Source: Candidatus Micrarchaeota archaeon (GTDB lineage: Archaea; Micrarchaeota; Micrarchaeia; Anstonellales; Bilamarchaeaceae). From it: DNA of 64,000 nucleotides. The notes under the pieces are model-generated. The model did no database searches and was not told the DNA's origin. It saw nothing but the letters and a program-made list of their open reading frames with translations. Where the stretch lies: assembly GCA_038046765.1 (NCBI GenBank), contig JBBSVN010000004.1, positions 64,001-128,000 on the forward strand, written 5' to 3'. A program made the position numbers and the translations under genes. This document shows positions 38,725-48,028 of this stretch, one piece after another (the first letter of the stretch is position 1; every line of letters starts with the position of its first letter).

Positions 38725-39768
38725 TTATATATTTTTCGTTATTGAAATACTTATCATTTCACCACTAAGAATATTCCCGAACTCTTTTATAAATATGATA
38801 CTAACTACTAAAGAAAATATAGGTGCAAGAACTGAATAAAGCAGCACTTTTGAAATTGCAGCATTCGTACTTTGTATCATTACGGTCAGGTCATTAGTTA
38901 AATCAGTAGTAACTTTAGGAACAATAGTAATATTTGAGGAATTATTATTTGTAGAATTATTTTGGAACAGACTTTCCCGTCCTGCCAAAAAATCTAATTT
39001 TTCCGCAACCGCATTGTTATTGTTAAGATCGATTATTGGCGAAGGCGCGTATTCAGGGCTTTTAGTTATAACAGATATTTTCTCAACTGCAGCGGAGATT
39101 TCTATTTCTGGAGAACTGAACATTAATATAAATACTGGATAGAGCAGGAATAATGAAAGTGAAAGGGCAACTAAGAATCCACCTAGTTTACGTGTTGCAA
39201 AAAATGACCTGAACAATAACCCTAAGGGAAACAAGACTTGTACTGCATTTTGAGAAATGAATAATAATATTTGTAATTGTAACATTAACATTACAAGGAG
39301 AAACTGCGAGGTAGTAAGTTGAGAAAAAATCACGTTACTTATACCTTGTAAATTAGCTAATGGAGTAATCGAAAACGCCCCGAAATTTAACACAAGCGAT
39401 TGGTAATACCCTAAAATGTTTGAGGCCTTTGCTAGTTCACTAAAGAGAGTAAAAAAATTAGTACTTAGTTTATCAAATATACAGTATAGAATAGAAACTC
39501 CGTTTGGATTTGATATGTCACCACAAGACTGTCCTTTTACTGCTTCGTGGCTAATTATAGATAATGTTTCGTTAATTGTTACAAAACCCCCAACTAATGC
39601 AGCATTAACTATTGCTTGTAAAAGTTCTTCGACACCAAAATTTTCTATGCGTTTGTAACCAAATGCACGTCCTAAACCGATTGCGATACCAGAAATGATA
39701 ATCGAAATGACAACTAATAGAACTGCAATGTGCTGTACGTTTGGGTCAAAAATTAAAGCTTCGCTCAT
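38725..39768 (-). CDS. Polytopic membrane protein (possibly VirB6/CedA-like channel subunit)
   Basis: Multiple TMs; LFPLGLLFRSFFATRKLGGFLVALSL pattern. Confidence 0.55.
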   Translation of the reverse strand: MSEALIFDPNVQHIAVLLVVISIIISGIAIGLGRAFGYKRIENFGVEELLQAIVNAALVGGFVTINETLSIISHEAVKGQSCGDISNPNGVSILYCIFDKLSTNFFTLFSELAKASNILGYYQSLVLNFGAFSITPLANLQGISNVIFSQLTTSQFLLVMLMLQLQILLFISQNAVQVLFPLGLLFRSFFATRKLGGFLVALSLSLFLLYPVFILMFSSPEIEISAAVEKISVITKSPEYAPSPIIDLNNNNAVAEKLDFLAGRESLFQNNSTNNNSSNITIVPKVTTDLTNDLTVMIQSTNAAISKVLLYSVLAPIFSLVVSIIFIKEFGNILSGEMISISITKNI

Positions 39769-39818
39769 TTAATCACACTATAAGATTAGATGAAAATCTT
39801 AGGCAAGGAATATAAATA

Positions 39819-40068
39819 TGAGCCGTGCGCCATCTGAGCCTTGAGCAGTTGAGCAACGTTTAGTTAAATATACCTTCCACTAATTAAACGCATCAAATAA
39901 GCACAAATAAAACTTACACGGTCAAACAAAATACCTCTTGTGCGTGCGCCTGAAAAAGAGCAGATAATTATTTTTTTTACCCTTGTAGCGCCGAGCTAAT
40001 TCGTAGCGAGCGAATAGCAGATGGTGTAGTTAATAGCTCAAAGCCCATTGCACAAGGCTCAATGCTAA
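39819..40068. repeat. Heptamer-repeat palindromic element, copy 3, interrupted by a 159-bp insertion
   Basis: Left arm 39819-39856, right arm 40034-40068; TAGTTAA duplicated at 39861-39867 and 40027-40033. Confidence 0.8.
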
Positions 40069-41319
40069 CTACAACTTTATCGTCTGCCCGATTTCTGGCG
40101 CAATCGCATCATAACCAAAGTCTTCCTTAAGTTCTGTTTCAAAAGCTTTAGCACAGTCACTATGCACGATAATTACTTTCTCTGCATTGGCATGTTTTAT
40201 GAAATTTAGAATGTCGCTTCGACCAGCGTGTGCGCTTAGATCTACGTAGTCAACTGGAAGCCCAACTTCAAGATCATGTTCATCAATCGTAACATAACCA
40301 TCATGACGCAGTTTCCACCCATTTGTTCCTTCAACAGAATACCCTGTAAAAATGATCATTGATTCAGGTGGAAGCCTTGTAAGATAACCTAGCACAGGAC
40401 CACCTTCCATCATACCTGCACTTGAAATTATCACGCTAGGATGCTCTGTCGCAAATTTTCTATCGCGCTCTCCGCCAATCATGTTAATAGTTTTTATTTT
40501 TCTTGAAAAATCATCGGGATTTTGTATATATCCCCTGTGTTTTTGATAAATAGAACTCATTGCCCTGCCCATGCCGTCAAGAAATATCGGAACTTTTTTG
40601 TTATGTTCCCTGATTATACTTACTAATTCCTGGCTTCTGCCCAAGGCAAATGAAGGAAATAAAACGCACCCTCCTTTTTTTATCGTTTCGTTTACCTGAT
40701 CCATAATTTTCTTTTCGCTTTTTAAGCGGTCGGGATGTTCTTTTTGGGCATAAGTTGAATCAATAATTACGACTCCTGCATCTTCAACGTATCTTGCGCC
40801 TTTATGCATTCTTGTTTCCTGGACTTTGAGGTCTCCAGTATAAAATATCCGCTTATTATTAAAATTAACATCAATCATTGAGGACCCCGATATATGTCCA
40901 GCATCAAGATATTTTACTTTTGTTTCCCCAAATGAAATTTCTTTATTATAGTGAATTGGCTGGAACTGGGTTAATGCTTTTTTAAAGTGATGTTCACGAT
41001 AAGGCAAATCATCCCCCATGATTTTCATCGAATCTCGCCAGAGTAATTCGCACAAATCCTTCGTAGGGGGGGTTGAAACCCATTTGACGTCACAGAAGGT
41101 ATAAAGATGTGGAACAAATCCCGCATGATCCATATGTGCGTGACTTATTAACGCTATATCCAGAGATTCTTTAACTGGCAATGGGTACTCGGGTTTATCA
41201 TCCTTACCAAAAATCTTAATACCATAATCTAAAAGCATAGTTTTATCTGTTCTTAGGACAAACGCACTTCTGCCTACTTCCTGGCTTGCGCCCAAACAAT
41301 GTAATGAAATATCTTGCAT
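40069..41319 (-). CDS. Beta-CASP metallo-beta-lactamase ribonuclease (aCPSF2-like)
   Basis: GASQEVGRS, SHAHMDH, AGHISGS, YTGD, LSAHA. Confidence 0.9.
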   Translation of the reverse strand: MQDISLHCLGASQEVGRSAFVLRTDKTMLLDYGIKIFGKDDKPEYPLPVKESLDIALISHAHMDHAGFVPHLYTFCDVKWVSTPPTKDLCELLWRDSMKIMGDDLPYREHHFKKALTQFQPIHYNKEISFGETKVKYLDAGHISGSSMIDVNFNNKRIFYTGDLKVQETRMHKGARYVEDAGVVIIDSTYAQKEHPDRLKSEKKIMDQVNETIKKGGCVLFPSFALGRSQELVSIIREHNKKVPIFLDGMGRAMSSIYQKHRGYIQNPDDFSRKIKTINMIGGERDRKFATEHPSVIISSAGMMEGGPVLGYLTRLPPESMIIFTGYSVEGTNGWKLRHDGYVTIDEHDLEVGLPVDYVDLSAHAGRSDILNFIKHANAEKVIIVHSDCAKAFETELKEDFGYDAIAPEIGQTIKL

Positions 41320-41359
41320 ACATAGTATTAGCATACTTCTACAATTAAATAGTTTTCGA

Positions 41360-41797
41360 ATGCTTTACTTATTGATTAATATGGATTATTTCATACTTGA
41401 TGAGAACGACCCGCTTTGGCCAATTAAGAAAAACTTACTTTTAGCAATATTTTTAATAACAATACTTTACGCGATAGGTATAATTGTATATACGAATTTA
41501 GAAGGCTGGACTATCTTAGATTCTGCACTTTTTTTAACTGCAACGTTCACTACGATAGGTTATGGCGAAGTTCTTCCTAAAACGACTTTAGGAAAACTAT
41601 TTACAATTGCAATCGCATGGATAGGTATATCTACAGGATTTTTCTTACTTTATAGTATAGCTGCATATCGGGAAAAAGTAGTTGACAAAAATTTATTGCA
41701 AAGACTAAAGGTACTTAGAAATATTATGAGTGGAGAAGAAGAAAAGATAATTAATTTAAAACAAGAAAAAGAAAAAACAGTTAAGAATAAGAGGTAA
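41360..41797 (+). CDS. Potassium channel pore protein
   Basis: TFTTIGYG selectivity filter between two TMs. Confidence 0.9.
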   Translation: MLYLLINMDYFILDENDPLWPIKKNLLLAIFLITILYAIGIIVYTNLEGWTILDSALFLTATFTTIGYGEVLPKTTLGKLFTIAIAWIGISTGFFLLYSIAAYREKVVDKNLLQRLKVLRNIMSGEEEKIINLKQEKEKTVKNKR

Positions 41798-41805
41798 ATA
41801 TTCAG

Positions 41806-42513
41806 ATGGACATAATTTATCAAGAGAAATTTTTTCGAAACCTCGGCTTAGATGCACTAAGTAAAAAAGAACATGAAAAAATTGCTAAAACAAATTTTTG
41901 CATAATTGGTGTTGGCGGTACTGGATGTGCGGCTATAGAAATGCTTGCACGGATGGGGGCGCAAAACTTTACGATCTTTGATTATGACAGGGTCGAACTA
42001 AGTAATTTTAACAGACAAATATTTACAACAGATAATACGATTGACAGGAAGAAAACTGATGTTGCAAAAGAACGAATCCATTTGATTAATTCGAATGCTA
42101 AAGTCAAAACTTATTTTGAAAAATTCGAGTCAAAGGACATTAAAAAAATAAAAAACTGCGATATAATTATTGACTGTAGCGATAGCGTAACAACGCATAT
42201 AGAAATCGATAATGCGAGTAAAAAATTAAAAATTCCTTTTGTGTGTTGTTCCGCAAATAATTCAATCGGTTTAGTTAGCATATTTAGCGACAAAACAAAA
42301 TTTGAGACAGTTTTCCAGATAAACAAGAAAAACATGAGAGCTTATTTGACTTGTAGAAGTATCTTGGCTCCTGTTGCAAATATCTCAGGAAACCTTGCAG
42401 CAATGCAAGCAGTTAACAAAGTAATAGGAAAACAATTTGTCAAAGCACCCGATGTTTTATTTTTTGACTTGTTTAGAAACAAGGAAATGTTTTATGTGAA
42501 AAGGCTGGAATAA
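41806..42513 (+). CDS. ThiF/MoeB/UbaA-family adenylyltransferase
   Basis: IGVGGTG, D.V.LSNFNRQ, IIDCSD. Confidence 0.9.
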   Translation: MDIIYQEKFFRNLGLDALSKKEHEKIAKTNFCIIGVGGTGCAAIEMLARMGAQNFTIFDYDRVELSNFNRQIFTTDNTIDRKKTDVAKERIHLINSNAKVKTYFEKFESKDIKKIKNCDIIIDCSDSVTTHIEIDNASKKLKIPFVCCSANNSIGLVSIFSDKTKFETVFQINKKNMRAYLTCRSILAPVANISGNLAAMQAVNKVIGKQFVKAPDVLFFDLFRNKEMFYVKRLE

Positions 42514-42538
42514 AAACGTACAGAATGAAGAAGATTTT

Positions 42539-43318
42539 TCAATCGGATTTCTTTGTCAAAATTGAAACCTGTTCTTCAGAAAGTGAATAATTTGCATGGG
42601 GATTTGGATAATAAAAAAGGTTATATGTAACAAAAAATTTGACTGATTTTTTAAGCAAAATTCCTGATACCCATGGTATTTTGATTGGTCCGGGAGAACA
42701 TTTTAATTCGTCTCCTGATAATGCATATCTTACGCTTACTTCGTCTATTCCTGCATAATCACAATCTATAGCCAAAATAACGGGTAATTTGAATCCTTCA
42801 GAAATTCCATTTTTACTTAATTTTTCTGCGATATCCCCCCTTAGATTTTGTGTGATCTCTGCACTACCTATATAATTTGATTCTTTGTTTTTCAATCTCC
42901 TTACCCACGCCTCTAAAATAATTTTCTTATCGTTCAAAATAAGCATAAAATCGGCATTAGAGTTACCTGATGTTTTAGGTTCTACTTCAAAACCAATTCC
43001 ATTTTTAATCAAGAACAAAGCAATTTCTAACTCCCATTTTGTTGAGATCGGAGTTGAAATTATCTTGTCTCTTAATTTTTTCTTATTATTTTACCTGGAA
43101 ATTACAACCCCCAAAATTCCCTCGAATTCATTCAAAAAGTTTTTCCAATATGAATCTTGTTCATATGCGGTAATAATATGTTTAAGGTCAAATTCTCCTT
43201 GATTGGAAGTTTTGCAATTTAAAATATCTTTAGGATTTAAATTAACTGATGCTAGATTAGGATAATTAGATAAAAAAGTCTGGATAGTATTTTCACTTGG
43301 AATTTTTTCAGAATCCAT
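42539..43318 (-). pseudogene. PD-(D/E)XK-like nuclease interrupted by an in-frame TAA (43091-43093)
   Basis: Both track ORFs share a frame with 24 sense codons between them; WELEIA...EVEP...ADF...IILEA pattern. Confidence 0.6.
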
Positions 43319-43321
43319 ATT

Positions 43322-44671
43322 CTAACCCCTCCCTTCAACTTCCCAATGTCCGGCAGTTGTTTTCCCTACCCTTCTTAATAACCCCTTACTTTTGAGTTTC
43401 TCTATGTATTCCTTGACCGTATCTAGACTTATATCTAGTTTTTGGGCAATTTGGTTTCTTGATATCTTTGGATTTGATTTTATTAGAGAAATCATCTTTC
43501 CTTCAAGCTCTGGAAGGGTAACTAGGGGGGTAACTAGGGGGGTAACTAGGGGGGTAGAAGGCCTTTTGAAAACTACAGTAAAGAAATTATTAAAGTCAAA
43601 TTTAGGCTCCGGCAATCCTGCATTTTTCATGCTCTTTTTCATCCTTACTATTCCGGATCCTACTTTTTCAACCAGATTAGCGGTTTTAAATAAGCTAAAC
43701 AAAAGTGGATTTCTAGAAATACTTTTAGTACCAAATTCCTCTTTTTTAATAGCCAAAACTAATCCGCCTGGATTAACGATTTCAACGCGATCATCGTAAA
43801 TGTCAATTTGAATGTTTGCTCCTTTTTCATTATAATCTCGATGAACTATCGCATTTACAACTGCTTCCCGCAATGCTTCTTCTGGAATCTCTAAAATTTC
43901 CATTCTTGGCCCGGCAGTTTCTATTTTATATTCTAATCTTAAGTTTCTAATTAGGAAAGTTAATGAGTTATTATAATTGGAAAGAGCGTCTTGCGTAAAA
44001 TCTTTTCTATCTATAATCTTGAATTTATCTGTTCCTTTGTACAAAACACAGGTAATAATTGCATGTCTAAAAAAATTCTCAATGTTATCACAAAAAAATA
44101 GAACACCCGCATTTCTAAATTTTCCAGATTCTGATAAAACCCCAAGATTCTTTAAAATATCCTTATCTGAAATAACTCGGCTTATTTTTGCTTTTTGTAA
44201 GAATGAGTCGAATTTATCTGAACTAAAACCATTTTTAAAATCAAAACCAGAATTTATGGTTTCATCAAATAATATTTGTCCTTCTTTATTAAAAAAATTA
44301 CGAATCTCATCTGTTGTTAATTTTTGAGAATTGCTTCCTTGTCGGATAAAGAAACCACTTGAGCAGCGATAAGGTTTATTTAATCCCGAATTAACCCTAA
44401 CAATCAAAACATTTTCCAAGGTTTCTATTTCAATAGTTATAGGTGGATCAGAATTCCTTGCAATGTCCTGAATTTCTGATTTTAGTTTATTTGTGATTTG
44501 AACGCCTACAACTTGCCAGTTATCATTAACTCCAATAAATATCAAGCCGCCTTCGGCATTGGCAAATGCAACTAGTTCTTTAGACAAGTTTTTTGAATCA
44601 AAATTTTCTTTAAATTCTAATTTTAGGCCTTCTCCTTGAGAAAGTAAAAAGTTAAATTCCTTTTTGTCCAT
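43322..44671 (-). CDS. Schlafen/AlbA_2 + HATPase-like + HTH protein
   Basis: EGLKLEFK, VAFANAEGG, REAVVNAIVHRDY, SRNP, GSGI, C-terminal HTH. Confidence 0.88.
   Translation of the reverse strand: MDKKEFNFLLSQGEGLKLEFKENFDSKNLSKELVAFANAEGGLIFIGVNDNWQVVGVQITNKLKSEIQDIARNSDPPITIEIETLENVLIVRVNSGLNKPYRCSSGFFIRQGSNSQKLTTDEIRNFFNKEGQILFDETINSGFDFKNGFSSDKFDSFLQKAKISRVISDKDILKNLGVLSESGKFRNAGVLFFCDNIENFFRHAIITCVLYKGTDKFKIIDRKDFTQDALSNYNNSLTFLIRNLRLEYKIETAGPRMEILEIPEEALREAVVNAIVHRDYNEKGANIQIDIYDDRVEIVNPGGLVLAIKKEEFGTKSISRNPLLFSLFKTANLVEKVGSGIVRMKKSMKNAGLPEPKFDFNNFFTVVFKRPSTPLVTPLVTPLVTLPELEGKMISLIKSNPKISRNQIAQKLDISLDTVKEYIEKLKSKGLLRRVGKTTAGHWEVEGRG
43516..43556 (-). repeat. In-frame 12-bp tandem repeat (TPLV x3)
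   Basis: gggtaactaggg x3.4. Confidence 0.85.
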
Positions 44672-44871
44672 TAATTCGCCTCACAATAACGCCAATTTCC
44701 ATGCGAGTGTAATATAAAATTTATCATCTTATAGATTAATTGTCTTTTAGTTCTTTTAAATGTTGGTAAATAAAAGCACGGATCTCTTTAGGAACTTATG
44801 CGATTATAGCACATCAATTTAGGATACACTGCCTCCCAAATTCTTTTTTAAGTTTATTTACGCAAATAACT

Positions 44872-45135
44872 ATGAAAGGTACTTATATGCATTACATAAT
44901 CGAACCATGCGCAACTGCAAAAGCTTTTGAAATAAAGTTTGGCAAAACGCTGGATTTGGAAAAACTTGCAGGAAAATTTAAAGAAAACGAAGTATTTTCG
45001 TTAACAAAAGTAGTCTTACTAGTTAAAATTAACCAAGCACCAGTAAGCATTTACGCTAGCGGAAGAGCGATGGTAAAGGAAGCGACTAAAGAAGAAACGC
45101 AAAAGATTGCGGAGAAACTTGGGAAAATGGTATAA
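44872..45135 (+). CDS. Small hypothetical protein (TBP-like fold possible)
   Basis: VSIYASGRAMVK...EE pattern. Confidence 0.5.
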   Translation: MKGTYMHYIIEPCATAKAFEIKFGKTLDLEKLAGKFKENEVFSLTKVVLLVKINQAPVSIYASGRAMVKEATKEETQKIAEKLGKMV

Positions 45136-45191
45136 ATAAAAAACATAAGATTTATAAGATATATCTTACTAATAAGATTAGGTGAAAACTA

Positions 45192-45440
45192 ATGACAGAG
45201 ATATTAGAAATGGGAAAAATAAGTTCAAGAGGACAAATAGCCATCCCTGCAGATATACGCAATCAAATGCACCTTGAAGAAGGCTCAAAAGTTATTTTCT
45301 TTTTGGAAGATGATACCTTACTTATAAAAAAAGTAAACACGCAAACTTGGGAAGATGTTACCCGTCCCTTACGATTAGCTAAAAAGAAAATAAATGAAAA
45401 TGATGTAGACGAACTTGTACACAGGTTACGAAAAAAATGA
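45192..45440 (+). CDS. AbrB-type antitoxin
   Basis: ISSRGQIAIPADIR. Confidence 0.85.
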   Translation: MTEILEMGKISSRGQIAIPADIRNQMHLEEGSKVIFFLEDDTLLIKKVNTQTWEDVTRPLRLAKKKINENDVDELVHRLRKK

Positions 45441-45859
45441 AAGTCGTTTTGGACACAAATGTTCTACTATCCGGAACATTTTGGACGGGTGATTCTTTTA
45501 GAGTCTTGCAATTAATTGAAAAAGGAAGCTTGAAATGCTTTATATCCGAAGCGATTCTATCCGAGTACCATAAAGTAGTCCACAGCCAAGAGATTGTTGA
45601 TAAGATTAATGAAAAGAATTTAGACATAAAGTCCACAGCATTAAAAGCAATGGAGTTTTTCATAATTATTGATCCGAAAAGAAAAATTGATTTCGTAAAA
45701 GATGACCCCGACGATAATAAAATAATAGAATGTGCAATAGAGGCACAAGCAGATTACATAATAACACAAGATCAAAGGCATCTTCTGAAACTAAAAGAAT
45801 TTGAAGGAATTAAAATTATTTCACCAACCGAATTTTTGAAAATATTTGGACAAAGGTAG
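45437..45859 (+). CDS. vapC: PIN-domain toxin
   Basis: VVLDTNVLLS, DPDDNKIIECA, ITQD..LL. Confidence 0.88.
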   Translation: MKVVLDTNVLLSGTFWTGDSFRVLQLIEKGSLKCFISEAILSEYHKVVHSQEIVDKINEKNLDIKSTALKAMEFFIIIDPKRKIDFVKDDPDDNKIIECAIEAQADYIITQDQRHLLKLKEFEGIKIISPTEFLKIFGQR

Positions 45860-45864
45860 ATGTT

Positions 45865-46530
45865 ATGAAGATCGATTTTCACGTACACACAAATAAATCA
45901 ATGGACTCTATTATTAAGCCGCGGGAGCTATCAACTAAAGCCAAAAAACTTGGAATTGTTCCATGTAGTACCGACCATAATGTTATGAGTGCACATGCCG
46001 AACTTAAAGAATTAGGTTTAGAATTTATCCCTGGTGAAGAGATAAGAACGGTTGAAGGAGACTTAATCGGGCTTTATTTAAACGAAGCAATACCAAAGAA
46101 AACACCTTTTTTAGAAGCGATCGATCAAATACGCGAACAAGGAGCGATTGCATATTTACCCCACCCTTTCGATTACTCAAGACACGCAGTACAGGAAAAA
46201 GAACTAGCTAGTAAAGTTGATGCAATAGAAATATTTAATGCAAGATGCCCATTTCAAATTTACAACCAAAAGGCAGATGAATTAGCAAACGAATTAGGAA
46301 AACTAAAATCAATTGGAAGCGACTCGCATTTCTTATTTGAGTTTGGACACAATTATATAGAAATTGATGGGGAATTTTCTGATTATTATGATAACCCAAA
46401 AGAGTTACTTAAGGCATTAAGAAGTAAGAACTTAAAGTTTGTAACAAAAAAAGCTCCGTTTTATGTACGGGGAACTACATTAGCAGTTAAGCATGTAAGA
46501 ACTATTTTTAGGAAGTTGAACTTGCATTAG
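45865..46530 (+). CDS. PHP-domain phosphoesterase
   Basis: DFHVHT, TDHN, GEEI, PHPF, GSDSH. Confidence 0.9.
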   Translation: MKIDFHVHTNKSMDSIIKPRELSTKAKKLGIVPCSTDHNVMSAHAELKELGLEFIPGEEIRTVEGDLIGLYLNEAIPKKTPFLEAIDQIREQGAIAYLPHPFDYSRHAVQEKELASKVDAIEIFNARCPFQIYNQKADELANELGKLKSIGSDSHFLFEFGHNYIEIDGEFSDYYDNPKELLKALRSKNLKFVTKKAPFYVRGTTLAVKHVRTIFRKLNLH

Positions 46531-46768
46531 AATAAAATAGAAAGAAGGATTAAGATCGAAAGTAATTCGCAGGTTTTATGAACCGCAAGGCCACGAAGAA
46601 ACATCTGGTCGTAAAGAAGTGTCTTGTAGAGAAGAAGCATCTTCTCTAACATGCTCGTGAACGCTGCTGCTGTTCACTACATCACGATCATGCTCAAGAA
46701 AGACATTTCCCTTCGACATCCATTAAAAGCTAGTGAACGATACAGTTCACTAAATGGCATTTTTCAAA

Positions 46769-48019
46769 TTATATAGTTGGGCGACTATCTTCTTTTTTTG
46801 CAGTTTTGGTAGCTGGCTTTAGCAATGTTTCGAGAGTTTGTCGATCAGAAACATATTTAACTCCAACTTTAAAACCAGGTAAGTCAATAAAGTTGTTTTC
46901 AATTTCATCCGCATTTTCTGAACTCAGAATTGCAATTTTGTACTTTGCCCCCATACCATCAAACCATTTACTTACTTCTTGCCCTTGTGCAGCATCCGTT
47001 ACATAAGCAATTACCAATTGGCTTTCTTTTTCTTGTTTTTCAGGGACAGCCTTGGGCTTTTGTGCTTGTAAATACGCAGTTAATTTTTTAGGATTAAAAA
47101 CATATTCTCCGTTTTTATCTTTAAGAAGCATAGAATACAATTGAACTGCACGATCATAGATAGCATCTTGCATATTTGAAGGTTTTTCCTCCAATTCATT
47201 ATTTGCAATTGAAGAAGCAATCAGATATTGTCCAGCCAGACCTACTTCTTTAATTAATAATCTTTGAGTGCCTTCATCAAATGCAGCTGCACTTTTAACG
47301 GGTTTTGATACGACAGTAGGTTTTGGTTCTTCTACTTTTTTTGCAGTAACTCCCTTAAATTCGGGAATAACCGGATTAGATTCAGGAATTGTTTTATCAG
47401 CTTTTGCTACAGCAATAGTTTCTGAACCGATTACAGAACGATATGCAGCAATAGCATCTGAATTAAGGAATAGTTCGCCTTGTTTATTTTTCTTTAGAAG
47501 ATTGGCAATTTGTTCTGCTTGTTCATAAGTTTTATCATTTACACCTTTGAGTTGAGTAACATCTTCTCCTGATTTAGTTTCCATGAATAACCTTACTTGC
47601 TCTAGACCAGCTTCGCCAAGGTTTTTAGTAATCCATTGTTCAGATGCAGGACTAAATTCAGCTGCAACTTTTGTTTGTTCAACGCGGGATATTTTAAATG
47701 CCTTTACTCCTTCGCCTTTTGGAACGAAGTATTGCCCTCGATCATTAAGTTCAAGTGCAGAAATCATTTTTTCAGATTGCCCAGTTAATAACGCAATTAC
47801 CTGATTATAAGTTTTTTCACTTATATCGGAGGGTTTTTTTCCAAGTGCTTTTTTTGCTTCTTGTTCTGTTCCTACCTGACTAAATATATCTTTACCCATC
47901 TTCGCAAGAGAACGTTCTAGATAATTAAATCCATCTTCTCCCAAAGTTTTAGTTAGCCATTCTTTACTTTTTGAAGTAAATAAAACTTCTTCTTTTTCTA
48001 TTGCTTGTTTTACTGCCAT
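46769..48019 (-). CDS. Hypothetical protein with internal repeated domains; paralog of the next gene
   Basis: Three F..(S/T)..(W/L)L...(L/V)G..G repeats; PEFKGVTAKK shared with the neighbour. Confidence 0.65.
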   Translation of the reverse strand: MAVKQAIEKEEVLFTSKSKEWLTKTLGEDGFNYLERSLAKMGKDIFSQVGTEQEAKKALGKKPSDISEKTYNQVIALLTGQSEKMISALELNDRGQYFVPKGEGVKAFKISRVEQTKVAAEFSPASEQWITKNLGEAGLEQVRLFMETKSGEDVTQLKGVNDKTYEQAEQIANLLKKNKQGELFLNSDAIAAYRSVIGSETIAVAKADKTIPESNPVIPEFKGVTAKKVEEPKPTVVSKPVKSAAAFDEGTQRLLIKEVGLAGQYLIASSIANNELEEKPSNMQDAIYDRAVQLYSMLLKDKNGEYVFNPKKLTAYLQAQKPKAVPEKQEKESQLVIAYVTDAAQGQEVSKWFDGMGAKYKIAILSSENADEIENNFIDLPGFKVGVKYVSDRQTLETLLKPATKTAKKEDSRPTI

Positions 48020-48028
48020 GAACATCAC

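Noticed and set aside
43091..43093. Alternative genetic code or stop-codon reassignment
   Set aside because: TAA, TAG and TGA all terminate genes elsewhere in the window
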